A DNA stretch of 64,000 nt from Candidatus Methanomethylicaceae archaeon (GTDB lineage: Archaea > Thermoproteota > Methanomethylicia > Methanomethylicales > Methanomethylicaceae): positions 579 to 64,578 of the forward strand of contig JAOAJN010000003.1 of NCBI GenBank assembly GCA_026414165.1, written 5' to 3'. Positions 31,156-40,379 of the stretch are shown in pieces (position 1 is the stretch's first letter; each line of letters begins with the position of its first letter). The notes under the pieces were generated by a model. It did no database searches. It was given only the letters and a program-made list of their open reading frames with translations, and was not told the DNA's origin. The position numbers and the translations under genes are program-made.

Positions 31156-32220
31156 TTGGGGAGGATCGTTATAGATTATTTTTCATTATTCAAGATTACC
31201 ATAGCCATGTCCTTTCCATCAGCAATAGTCGTTCACTATCTAATACCGTTGATTGTGTGGTTCAAGAATCAAGATTTGCTTATAGTGGCCCTAGCACTCA
31301 CCTCGTATTACGCAGGGTTTACGCTTGGGACGCATTATGGTCTTTGGTCGAGGGCGACTCTGTCAAGAATGGCCGGGACTTTCATGACTGCGCATGTAAT
31401 AACTACGCTGCTCCTTGGAGCCTATGGCTACGGCTATATGGCCCCAATTTTTTCAATGCTGGTAGGCGCAACCACAGGAGGGCTCCTTTCACTCCCATCT
31501 TCAAAAGTAATGAGTATCCCAACAGCATCTCTTCTCTCGGCATTTCCCCTTTTTGGGAGTATTTTAATGGAATTTTATGGAGCGGATTCAGTTTTAGTTG
31601 CATCAGGAATGCTGGCTTTTTTGTCTTCAGTTTTATTGCTGATCTCGATGAAAATAATCGTTCCAAAGCCAAAAATGGTGGAGGATGGGAAGTTAGGACT
31701 TTCCTTGGATGGATGGTTAATTGCACTTGGAATCGGCCTTGGGGGCACCATGGGAACGGTTTTGATGCCAGTTATAGCGGTTGTTGCTTTGGAAGTTGAG
31801 GTTATTTATGTGGGGCTGATAATCACAATATCGCTTGTAACAATTCAAGTAATTGCCTTGAGGTTGCGCAAGCAGAACGTGATCTACAAAAGCATCGGAA
31901 CTATCACGGCGTTGTCAATATTTTTTGTTTTTCTGATTATGGGGCTCCAAGACAATATTTTTATCTTCCTAGTCCTGTGGTTCTTGGCAATTGTAGACCT
32001 AAGTTACTGCAACTCCTTTTTGGTGGTCGCCAACAGAACCCTTAAGAAGTTTGACGAGAAAATTTTCATGTTAGTTTCAAATATTCTGTGTATGTTTGGG
32101 CCCTTACTCGCCGTTTTAATTTGGGCAATGGGGTCTTACCAATTAATTTTTTACTTTAGTGCCTTCTTAATACTAATTGGATGGATTGCAATGCGGAGGT
32201 TTCTGAAAGAGGTAAAATAG
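31156..32220 (+). CDS. Multi-TM membrane protein, distant MFS-like
   Basis: ~11-12 hydrophobic segments, GPLLA..IW near C-terminus; no clear motif A. Confidence 0.6.
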   Translation: MGRIVIDYFSLFKITIAMSFPSAIVVHYLIPLIVWFKNQDLLIVALALTSYYAGFTLGTHYGLWSRATLSRMAGTFMTAHVITTLLLGAYGYGYMAPIFSMLVGATTGGLLSLPSSKVMSIPTASLLSAFPLFGSILMEFYGADSVLVASGMLAFLSSVLLLISMKIIVPKPKMVEDGKLGLSLDGWLIALGIGLGGTMGTVLMPVIAVVALEVEVIYVGLIITISLVTIQVIALRLRKQNVIYKSIGTITALSIFFVFLIMGLQDNIFIFLVLWFLAIVDLSYCNSFLVVANRTLKKFDEKIFMLVSNILCMFGPLLAVLIWAMGSYQLIFYFSAFLILIGWIAMRRFLKEVK

Positions 32221-33144
32221 ATGGGGTTGATGGATGAGGTTTTGGACCCAAAGTCCTCTACAATACTCAGGATCGCATTGGGAAAAATAACACAAAGGAT
32301 TCCGCTGACTCTTTGCACGGTGTTAAGTGTGGCACTGGTAACCTACGCATTCATATTTGTAGAGGTGGCTGTTGAGGGGTTATCGCTTGCATCTATATTG
32401 TTGCTAACATTTTTTTTGGCAATAACGATGTCGTTTGCTCTGGAATACGACAGTAAAGACGAACTCATGGTTCTAATAAATCTGGGAGTTTCACCATCAG
32501 ACATTTTCAAACTCGGAATATTCAGGGTGTTGATCATTTCTTTCATGGGATACCTGATCGGTGTTTTAGTCTCCTTAATATGGCCACTCTCAGGAATAAA
32601 GAACGTTATGTTGTTTTATTCGTTTTTGATAGCGACTGCTTTAGGGATCATCCCCCCGATCTATTCCTCATTGAGATCTATGCGCGTAAGTCTTCTTGGA
32701 AGAGCTGCATTTAAGCCTTTGACAGAGAATGAGGTGCCAGTAGCATTATCGCCATCGGAATTGGTGGAGGTTAGAGAGTTCATTAAAGAGAGGTTAAAAG
32801 ACCGACAAGACATAACGATTGTAGACTGCTCAGTAGGTAATGGAACACTCAACCTAGTTTGTAGGTACCTTGGAGACTTTGGGAGGGAGACTTTTGCCCT
32901 ACTCGCAACCGTAGGCGTAAATCCAGACGAAGCTCTCAGAAACGATGATACTCTACCAGCAGTTAGGTTAAGGGTGAGAATAGAAGAGGGCAAAAATCCG
33001 GTCATTGAGTGTTGGGAAGGCAGGGATGAAAAACATAAGAAAAGGTCGGCTATTTCTTTGAGCTTCCAGAGCCTTGTCCGACAGCTATTAATAGAGTATA
33101 AGGTTTACAGGGGCAAGCTCAGAGGTATAGAGTATCGCACATGA
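32221..33144 (+). CDS. Membrane protein with FtsX-like permease segment and soluble C-terminal domain
   Basis: ELMVLINLGVSPSDIFKL resembles the FtsX/MacB permease motif; 4 TM. Confidence 0.55.
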   Translation: MGLMDEVLDPKSSTILRIALGKITQRIPLTLCTVLSVALVTYAFIFVEVAVEGLSLASILLLTFFLAITMSFALEYDSKDELMVLINLGVSPSDIFKLGIFRVLIISFMGYLIGVLVSLIWPLSGIKNVMLFYSFLIATALGIIPPIYSSLRSMRVSLLGRAAFKPLTENEVPVALSPSELVEVREFIKERLKDRQDITIVDCSVGNGTLNLVCRYLGDFGRETFALLATVGVNPDEALRNDDTLPAVRLRVRIEEGKNPVIECWEGRDEKHKKRSAISLSFQSLVRQLLIEYKVYRGKLRGIEYRT

Positions 33145-33159
33145 TCGATAAGATCAAAG

Positions 33160-33180
33160 ATTAGTAATTAGTAATTAGTA
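33160..33180. repeat. 3 x 7-bp tandem repeat (attagta)
   Basis: attagta attagta attagta between convergent genes. Confidence 0.7.
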
Positions 33181-33254
33181 AAAAATGGAAAATTTATGAG
33201 TGCTCCTTTTGCTTTTAGTAGATTTATCAATGAAATACAAATTCTGCAGTAGTG

Positions 33255-33995
33255 TTATAAACTGGGCCGAGATCTCCCTACCGGACAAACCTTAATACAT
33301 ATACCACAGACAGGGGCGGCGTATGCTGCTTGATAAGGTTTTTGGGCAAACATCTCCTTAAACTTATTCAATCTAGTAGCACATTTCTGGTGTTCAAAGA
33401 TCTCCTCCCTAGATGAAGGATATGACTCAAATTCTGAGTACTTTAAAGCACCCGAAGGGCACGAGTCGACACATAGCCGGCATTTACCACACTGGTTCTT
33501 AAGAGGTTTGCCCGGTTTTAGTGGCATATCTGTTAGTACAGTCCCCAAGCGAACTCTGGGACCATAAACAGGATTAACTAGCAGACCATTACGACCGATC
33601 CACCCAACTCCAGCAGCACATGCGAAAGCTTTATGGGAGGCATGACCCAGCTCCTTCAAGATGTCCACCCTAAGTGACGCGGGAATGACAAGAGTTGAAA
33701 ACCCCTTCTCTGCTATCCATCCAGACAATTTTAGTGTTATGGAGTCAATTAACGCATTAGCGGAGTGATAGGCGTGGGCGTATAGTATTCCAGGATCTTC
33801 GAGGCTTATTCTCTCCACTGCTATGTTGGGAAGCGGGACAGCTACAGATATTGCATACCTAAAATCTTTTAATAGAACACCGCCAAAGGTCGGGAGGTCT
33901 TTAAGTAGTAAGAGGTCTGCAACGCCAGCTACAGCAGCTCCGGATGACCTTGCGAGCGAGAGGATCTCCTCAGTATCTTTAATAGGATTTTTCAA
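33255..33995 (-). CDS. QueG/reductive-dehalogenase-like 4Fe-4S protein (second paralogue)
   Basis: SHKAFACAAGVGWIGRNGLL..P.YGPRVRL, CGKCRLCVDSCP, CGICIKVCP. Confidence 0.82.
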   Translation of the reverse strand: MKNPIKDTEEILSLARSSGAAVAGVADLLLLKDLPTFGGVLLKDFRYAISVAVPLPNIAVERISLEDPGILYAHAYHSANALIDSITLKLSGWIAEKGFSTLVIPASLRVDILKELGHASHKAFACAAGVGWIGRNGLLVNPVYGPRVRLGTVLTDMPLKPGKPLKNQCGKCRLCVDSCPSGALKYSEFESYPSSREEIFEHQKCATRLNKFKEMFAQKPYQAAYAAPVCGICIKVCPVGRSRPSL

Positions 33996-34144
33996 GCATG
34001 TCGCACCCCATAACTAATCTATTTGAAGAAGATTTATGCGTTTGTGAAGTTGGTTTTGATTTTCGTTTTTACCTTTTTGTGGCGAACGTTTGGTTTTGGT
34101 TTTATTTTTTATTTTTATTATTTTATATATTTAAACAAGTTCAA

Positions 34145-34822
34145 TTAGTCGATTTTGAGTAATCGTCCATTCATAAGGTTGATAATCATGTCCGCGTCCT
34201 CGATCAATGACTGCTCAAGGGTGGTGACTATATAAAGCGACTGAGTCTCCCTTTGCTTCTTCTTTATAATGTTGGCGATTCTTTTCGAGTTCTCAAAGTC
34301 AAGATGGGCGGTTGGTTCGTCCAGTATAACAATTGGTGGCGATCCTATGATTGTTTGGGCAAAACTGACACGCTCATACTCACCGCCACTCAGCTGTGTT
34401 GGTTTGTGGTTTATTCTATCAGAGAGTCCAACCTCTTCCAAAAGTCCTTTAGCAGATTTGATCGCTTTATCCCTGTCTACAAAATTGAAGAGTAGAGGCA
34501 GAGCGACATTCTCCAAGATAGTCAATTGTGGAATCAACACAGGATCCTGCGGCTTAAAGCCTATCTTCTTTCTCCTGAACCAAGCTAACTCGTAGGCACC
34601 TAGACGGGAAATCTCTACACCATCTATGAAGACAGAGCCCACTGTTGGACTCTCCAGCCCAGAAATTATACGAATTAAGGTGGTCTTGCCAGCCCCGGAT
34701 GGTCCGGCTATAACCACGATCCCTTTCTCAGGGAAATCAATAGTCAAAGAGTCCAGTGCAAGAACTTCCTTTCCCGCAACCTCATAAAGTTTTGAGACTG
34801 AGTTTACAAAGACCTTAGGTAT
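34145..34822 (-). CDS. LolD/MacB-type ABC transporter ATPase (probable non-canonical ATA start)
   Basis: GPSGAGKTT, LSGGE, ILDEPT; homologous N-terminus VSKLY..EVLALD extends upstream of the TTG at 34747 to ATA 34822 preceded by GGAGG. Confidence 0.78.
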   Translation of the reverse strand: MPKVFVNSVSKLYEVAGKEVLALDSLTIDFPEKGIVVIAGPSGAGKTTLIRIISGLESPTVGSVFIDGVEISRLGAYELAWFRRKKIGFKPQDPVLIPQLTILENVALPLLFNFVDRDKAIKSAKGLLEEVGLSDRINHKPTQLSGGEYERVSFAQTIIGSPPIVILDEPTAHLDFENSKRIANIIKKKQRETQSLYIVTTLEQSLIEDADMIINLMNGRLLKID

Positions 34823-34843
34823 AAGCCGTCCTCCAAAAAAAGT

Positions 34844-35488
34844 CTATTTGGCGGTTAGGCTCCTCACTATCCCAACCGCCTCAGAGGCGTCCTTCCCCCA
34901 GCTGTCTGCCCCTATGGACTTCGCATAGTCCATGGTCGTTGGAGCCCCGCCTATCATGATCTTAACCTTGTCCCGGTACCCCTCCTTGAGAAGGAGGTCA
35001 ACCACCTTCTTCATGCCAGGCATTGTGGTAGTCATTAGGGCGGACATTCCTATGACTTCGGCTCCATGATCCTTGACAGCCTTTACGAAATCTGACAATG
35101 GGACGTCCTTCCCCAAGTCGATTACCCTGAACCCAGCGCTGTCCAGCATTATCTTGACCAGGTTCTTGCCGATGTCGTGTATGTCGCCCTCTACCACTCC
35201 TAATACAACGGTTATAGGCTTCGCGGTCTTGTCCACCTTTATATGAGGTTTGAGTATTTCAACTGCCACATTCATGGCACTCGCAGAGAGAAGGACTTCG
35301 GGGACGTAGTACTCGCCCTTCTCGTAGAGCTCGCTCACGACCCTCATGCCCTCAGCGAGCCCTTTCATTATGGCTTCGTATGCGTCAATATTGTTCTTAA
35401 CGGCTTCCTCGGCCCATTTTTTTGCTCCTTCCTCATCGCCATCTACCACACATTTCGCAAGGTTCTTGAAGAGTTCCTCCTTATCCAT
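34844..35488 (-). CDS. Methyltransferase cognate corrinoid protein (MtaC/MtbC/MttC family)
   Basis: B12-binding DIHDIGKNLV, SALMTTT, GGAP; N-terminal four-helix cap; ATG at 35488. Confidence 0.93.
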   Translation of the reverse strand: MDKEELFKNLAKCVVDGDEEGAKKWAEEAVKNNIDAYEAIMKGLAEGMRVVSELYEKGEYYVPEVLLSASAMNVAVEILKPHIKVDKTAKPITVVLGVVEGDIHDIGKNLVKIMLDSAGFRVIDLGKDVPLSDFVKAVKDHGAEVIGMSALMTTTMPGMKKVVDLLLKEGYRDKVKIMIGGAPTTMDYAKSIGADSWGKDASEAVGIVRSLTAK

Positions 35489-35499
35489 ATATCCACCCC

Positions 35500-36546
35500 C
35501 TACTGGTAAACACCATACTTTTTGACGGCTTCTACCATGGCTAAAATATTCTCCTGAGGCACTGCCGCAGGGACTATGCATCCAGAGGCCAACACAAACC
35601 CACCACCAGTCATTGCCTTCTCCAAAGCTATTTTACATTCCGCCTCAACATCTCCTGGCGTCTTTTGTAGCAGCGTGACTCCTGGGCTGATGTTTCCCAT
35701 TATGCAGACTCTATTTCCAATAAGCGATTTTGCCCTTGCAAGGTCTACCTTTTCATCCACACTTATGGCATCTGCACCAGTATTTGCCATAACCTCTAGT
35801 CTGTCGTTAACGTTTCCGCAAATATGTAGAAAGACCTTCGTGCCCATCCTCTTTATTGCTCGTATCTCCCTTCTCAAGTAGGGAAATACGAACTCTTCGA
35901 ATGCCTTCTTTGAAATCATGTCCCCAGAAGATGTCGGATCCGAGACCCATATGAGGTCTGCTCCAGCTTCAACAACAGCCTCTCCATAAACTATAAGGCT
36001 CTCTGTGGCGATCTCTATTAGTTCTTTTAGTTGGTCAGGGTTCTTTTTCATATCCAGCAATGCCCTCTCTGTACCACGCATCATACAAGTGTGCCTCCAA
36101 CATGCCTGAACATAGCCCATCACGGGTATGACCCCACCAACAGCCTCCTTCATTCTAGAGATGCCCTTCAGTATCATCGGTAAGCGACCATCCTTTCTCG
36201 GATGCGGGATCTTTAGCCTAGGCAGATCCTTAGAGTAGTCATTCACCGCAGGTACATCTACGGAGGGAGGTGCATCAATAGGTATCTTGAGCACACTTCC
36301 CATAGCCTCAGACTCTGCATGTACAGCCAGAAGATCCAACACCATGTCGTAGCCAAACTTTCGTACCGCGTAAAGTTGTGAATAAACATACTTCTCCGTA
36401 TTTGTCATGACTTCAGAGAACTTATACCCAGCTTGACGGACGCACCATTCCCTCACGAATGGGGTTACAGGAACGCGATCTGGTTTTTTGAGCTCAAAAG
36501 CAGCCATAAGACGGTCGTAAGGAGTCATTTCCTCTCTTTGAGACAT
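35500..36546 (-). CDS. MtaA/CmuA-family (UroD fold) methyltransferase, second paralogue
   Basis: PDRVPV, ESEAMG, DPTSS, LHICG, GNI.P, SGC. Confidence 0.88.
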   Translation of the reverse strand: MSQREEMTPYDRLMAAFELKKPDRVPVTPFVREWCVRQAGYKFSEVMTNTEKYVYSQLYAVRKFGYDMVLDLLAVHAESEAMGSVLKIPIDAPPSVDVPAVNDYSKDLPRLKIPHPRKDGRLPMILKGISRMKEAVGGVIPVMGYVQACWRHTCMMRGTERALLDMKKNPDQLKELIEIATESLIVYGEAVVEAGADLIWVSDPTSSGDMISKKAFEEFVFPYLRREIRAIKRMGTKVFLHICGNVNDRLEVMANTGADAISVDEKVDLARAKSLIGNRVCIMGNISPGVTLLQKTPGDVEAECKIALEKAMTGGGFVLASGCIVPAAVPQENILAMVEAVKKYGVYQ

Positions 36547-36663
36547 CTTGCTTCCCGTATTTTATTTTAGCATAATTTATTTTTAAGGCTTGTTAGATAT
36601 TCTTATATAAAAATCAAATAAGCAAATTATATCAATAAATTATCCATTTTATTTTTATTGCGT

Positions 36664-36939
36664 TCATCCACCATCTACCATTGGTAGGATGCTTATCTCC
36701 TCTCCGCCCATAAGTACTTCTGACGAGATTGGTATAGGAGCCCGACCGTTGACTAACACTATGACAGCTGCCTTTTCTGTTTGCAGATTTTCCAATAATG
36801 GCTTAAGCTTCTCGAAGCGTCCGACAAGTTTTTTTAAAAAAAGAGGAAGCGGTGTGGGCCCTTCAATTTCGAGTTCCGCCAAGGATGTCCCCGCTGCATC
36901 TCTGATGTCTTGGTAGAACTTTACACTCACCTTTCCCAT
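36664..36939 (-). CDS. MoaD/ThiS ubiquitin-like protein
   Basis: beta-grasp pattern VLVNG, C-terminal PMVDGG; directly after AOR. Confidence 0.88.
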   Translation of the reverse strand: MGKVSVKFYQDIRDAAGTSLAELEIEGPTPLPLFLKKLVGRFEKLKPLLENLQTEKAAVIVLVNGRAPIPISSEVLMGGEEISILPMVDGG

Positions 36940-36949
36940 AGCAAACCCC

Positions 36950-38815
36950 TTAGCGCAATCTTCCCATCTTTTCTAAGTCATCAGCAATATCCTTTAGACC
37001 CAACTCTTCAAGCTTACCCCTTGTGGGCAGACCTGTTGCAACATCCCATCCTCTGGCTTGGTAGTATTCATCAAGCAGAGGCTCTAGTTCGAATTTCTGC
37101 CCTTTTGATGGTCCGTCGGGTATTGGCTCCTTGAGGAAGCGGGCAGGCAGAGTGTCGTGCCTTCTGTCAAAGCCTTCCCTGACGTTAAAGGCTTTCTCGA
37201 CGTTCCAGACCCTTTCTCCTATCTTGAGAGCTGATTCGAACCCTCCGAAATCTACTCCTGTAGCAGCCACAACTATTTTCGTTAATAGGTCGGGCTTATG
37301 CCATTCGGATCTAGTCGGGAATGTGCACCATATGCAGCACTCGCCCCATGTGAGACGGTCTTGGTTGAACTTTGTGAGTTTGCCCTTGCCCTCAAGAGTA
37401 TAACGATCCACCGGAGTGGGAAGTCCAAAGACTTCCTGAGTGCCGTAGCCCAGGGCATGGCTACCACCTATGTTTGAGGTAACCATACCTAAACCATGCG
37501 CCTTTACGGGACGAGGATCGTAAGCTGGTAGCTCGAGACCCTTTATGTGAGGGGCAAACTCCTCTGATCCCTTTCCAATCTTCTCTGAGGCGACCTTTAC
37601 GCCCTCTGCCAAGAGATCTCCGAACCCTTCCCTGAATGCTATCTTCTTTATGAGCTTCATCATTACTTCCTCATCACGCCACCTGAGCACCATTCCGTCA
37701 GTGTCTTTAGTAGTTATTATGCCCCTCTCAAAGGCCTCTATCGCAAATCCTATGGTGATCCCTGCGGAGATTGTGTCTATGCCATATAGATCAGCAAGTT
37801 GGTTCGCCGCTATTGTTGCATCCAAGTTTGAGATATCCAGCAAACCACCAAAGGTACAGAATGTCTCATATTCCGGTCCATCGACCCATGCCCCTGCATA
37901 AGGGCCCTCTTTAACGTAGGTGAACTTCCAGCAGTTTATGATGCAGTTCGGGCACCCTGCATTTCTTATGGTTTTCCTTACCCGTCCTTCACCATTTAAT
38001 TTCTCATGATCGGGGAAATAGGTGCTCCTGAAGTTCTTGTATGGATAGTCGCCTATTTGGTTTATGAGCGTATGTATAGCAGCAGTGCCATATCTTTGCA
38101 TCCTCTTGGTGCCGTGGGCTGCGGAGAGTTGGTTGATCTGCTCCTTGACAAGCTCTTTAAGGACATCCTCATTCGCTATTGGTATAGGCTTGTCTCCATA
38201 GACTGCTACGGCCTTCAGGTTCTTCGCGCCCATTATAGCACCCATTCCGCCTCTGCCAAGCTGTCTTGTGCCACATTGAACGATTGCATACTTTACAAGT
38301 CGCTCCCCTGCAGGACCTATGACTGCAGTCTCTACTCGTGGATTTCGTATCAAGTGGTTTTTGATGATGTATTCAGCCAAGTCGGTGGTTGTGCCCCATA
38401 AGGAAGAAGCATCCCCGAATTCCACATCTCCATTTTCAATGTAAATATAAGTGGGACTTTCAGCCTTGCCCTCAATTATAAGAAAATCGTATCCAGAGCG
38501 TTTCAGCATAATCCCAAGGTTGCTGACGCAACGTGATCGAAAATATGTGCCTGTAGCAGGAGATTTTGTTGTGACGACCCATCCGCTGGAGCAAGCTTGA
38601 ACAGGAAGACCCGTGAGGGGTCCAGTGCCCCAAACCATCTTGTTATCTGGTGACAAGGGATCTGTACCAGGAGTCATGATATCATAAAGAAGTCTTGCAG
38701 CGATGCCGCGTCCTCCAAGGTATTTCCTTATGTAATCTTCTGGCAGTGGGGACTCTGAGACTTTTTTTTCTGTGAGGTTCACTCTTAAGATTTTACCCAT
38801 GTATGCACCTTGCAT
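36950..38815 (-). CDS. aor: Tungsten-containing aldehyde:ferredoxin oxidoreductase family
   Basis: GKILRVNL, LGGRG, KSPATG, IGPAGE, GRGGMGA.MG.KNLKA, CxxCxxxC, GPEYET, DTIS.G, EYY..RGWD. Confidence 0.93.
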   Translation of the reverse strand: MQGAYMGKILRVNLTEKKVSESPLPEDYIRKYLGGRGIAARLLYDIMTPGTDPLSPDNKMVWGTGPLTGLPVQACSSGWVVTTKSPATGTYFRSRCVSNLGIMLKRSGYDFLIIEGKAESPTYIYIENGDVEFGDASSLWGTTTDLAEYIIKNHLIRNPRVETAVIGPAGERLVKYAIVQCGTRQLGRGGMGAIMGAKNLKAVAVYGDKPIPIANEDVLKELVKEQINQLSAAHGTKRMQRYGTAAIHTLINQIGDYPYKNFRSTYFPDHEKLNGEGRVRKTIRNAGCPNCIINCWKFTYVKEGPYAGAWVDGPEYETFCTFGGLLDISNLDATIAANQLADLYGIDTISAGITIGFAIEAFERGIITTKDTDGMVLRWRDEEVMMKLIKKIAFREGFGDLLAEGVKVASEKIGKGSEEFAPHIKGLELPAYDPRPVKAHGLGMVTSNIGGSHALGYGTQEVFGLPTPVDRYTLEGKGKLTKFNQDRLTWGECCIWCTFPTRSEWHKPDLLTKIVVAATGVDFGGFESALKIGERVWNVEKAFNVREGFDRRHDTLPARFLKEPIPDGPSKGQKFELEPLLDEYYQARGWDVATGLPTRGKLEELGLKDIADDLEKMGRLR

Positions 38816-38924
38816 TGTCTATCCCAATAGTTATAGGCTTTGACATTATTTAAGTTTTATTTTTACTAAAAATGCTTGAAATTTAAAAGATATTTTTATA
38901 AATGTATTATTTGTATTTACAGTT

Positions 38925-40145
38925 ATGGTCTGGTCTGCATTCGGCGCATTGTTTGACCCTGACGAGGGCAGAGATTCAATTCAAAGAAAGATAGAAGAGG
39001 TAATTAAAGGTATAAGACCAGCAAATCCATACAGGGCGGTGCTTTGCTCTGAAGAGGTTGTAGGGTTGAATATCAGAGATTGCGGGGAGGTTCCGATAGA
39101 GAGCTGGCTTTCTATATATCCAGTTCAGGATGACCTTTTCATGCTCACGAGTGCCAATTTCGGGATCTTCCTAGATTCTGATGGGTGCAGAGAGTATAAG
39201 GAGAAAGTGAGGGAGTATGCAAGAGGATTGGAAAGACCACTAATGATAGGGGGCGATCATAGTCTTACGGGCGGGGTCGTTGAAGCTTTAATTGATAAGT
39301 ACGAAGATTTGCTACTAGTTGTACTTGATTCCCATTTTGACGGTATACCCTCGCCGATAAGGAACGAATTGATCGGATATATGATGGAGAGCAGACCAGA
39401 TTATGAAAGGTTCGGATACAAGCCTTCTGATTATGTATTCAGTTCTGCGGGTAGGAAAAATAGCTACAATGGGGGATCATTCCTCTACCACTTAATTAAC
39501 GAAGGCATAATAAATGCTGAAAATGTTGTAGTCTTCGGCCCTTTGGACTATCCGACCGAGAAAATGGAGAGGATCCAGGATCATCGAGTGAAAGAATTTG
39601 TTCAGACATATAAAGCTCTAGAGAATGAGGGTGTCAAGATCGTTCATAGGGGAATAATAGATTCTCTTGGTCTCGAGAAGGTCATCAATGATTGCGTGGG
39701 TCCAAAATTTGCAGCCAGTAACATTTACATATCAGTTGATTTAGACATCGGCTCAAGATCGGCGCTAATGGGAGCTAAATTCACAGACATAGAGGGCCTT
39801 AAGGAGGCAAGCATTTACATGTTATTAAGAGCGCTATACAAAAACGCGAGTAACATAATAGGTTTAGATCTCATGGAGATAGATCCTTGGAGGGCAGGTC
39901 TCATCAGAGACGGTGTAAAGGATAGAACTTACAACATCTGTGGCAACATAATAAGAATACTAACTGATGGCAACATATATCTACAAAAAAGGTACAAGGA
40001 AGTTTTAGAAAAAATTTCTCCCAAGACTATGCTCAAAGAAATTGGTGATAAAAAATTGCTTGATGAGCTTATCAATATGGGATTCCTTGAATTATCTGGA
40101 AAATATTTGAATGTGCTTTATGATGGTGAAGTCTTATCCTCATAA
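38925..40145 (+). CDS. Divergent arginase/ureohydrolase-family protein
   Basis: GGDHS, DSHFD, SVDLD, DLMEID metal ligands; insertions and C-terminal extension. Confidence 0.8.
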   Translation: MVWSAFGALFDPDEGRDSIQRKIEEVIKGIRPANPYRAVLCSEEVVGLNIRDCGEVPIESWLSIYPVQDDLFMLTSANFGIFLDSDGCREYKEKVREYARGLERPLMIGGDHSLTGGVVEALIDKYEDLLLVVLDSHFDGIPSPIRNELIGYMMESRPDYERFGYKPSDYVFSSAGRKNSYNGGSFLYHLINEGIINAENVVVFGPLDYPTEKMERIQDHRVKEFVQTYKALENEGVKIVHRGIIDSLGLEKVINDCVGPKFAASNIYISVDLDIGSRSALMGAKFTDIEGLKEASIYMLLRALYKNASNIIGLDLMEIDPWRAGLIRDGVKDRTYNICGNIIRILTDGNIYLQKRYKEVLEKISPKTMLKEIGDKKLLDELINMGFLELSGKYLNVLYDGEVLSS

Positions 40146-40213
40146 TAAAAAGGGTCTGGATATTTGAAAGTTATTTGAAAAACTGAGTTGGTGAAAAAGA
40201 AAAAAAAGAGGAA

Positions 40214-40369
40214 TTATGCGTAAGAGACTACAAAGTCCTTAAAGACCTGCGAAGGTAGGAGCTTAGTGTTGTGAGATCCACAATTAGGACATTTTATCGA
40301 GGATGATATTTTGTTAGAGACCCAAGTGTGTCTGCAATCTCTACACTTTATTTTGTATTCAAAAGGCAT
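40214..40369 (-). CDS. Small zinc-ribbon protein (51 aa)
   Basis: Not in ORF track; AGGTGG RBS, MPFEYKIKCRDCRHTWVSNKISSSIKCPNCGSHNTKLLPSQVFKDFVVSYA. Confidence 0.8.
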   Translation of the reverse strand: MPFEYKIKCRDCRHTWVSNKISSSIKCPNCGSHNTKLLPSQVFKDFVVSYA

Positions 40370-40379
40370 GCAATCCACC

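Noticed and set aside
31074-31799. 241-aa alternative-frame ORF overlapping the MFS-like gene
   Set aside because: No recognisable motifs; the other frame gives a coherent multi-TM protein abutting the next gene
34040-34140. Strongly T-rich stretch
   Set aside because: Low-complexity intergenic promoter/terminator DNA with no further structure
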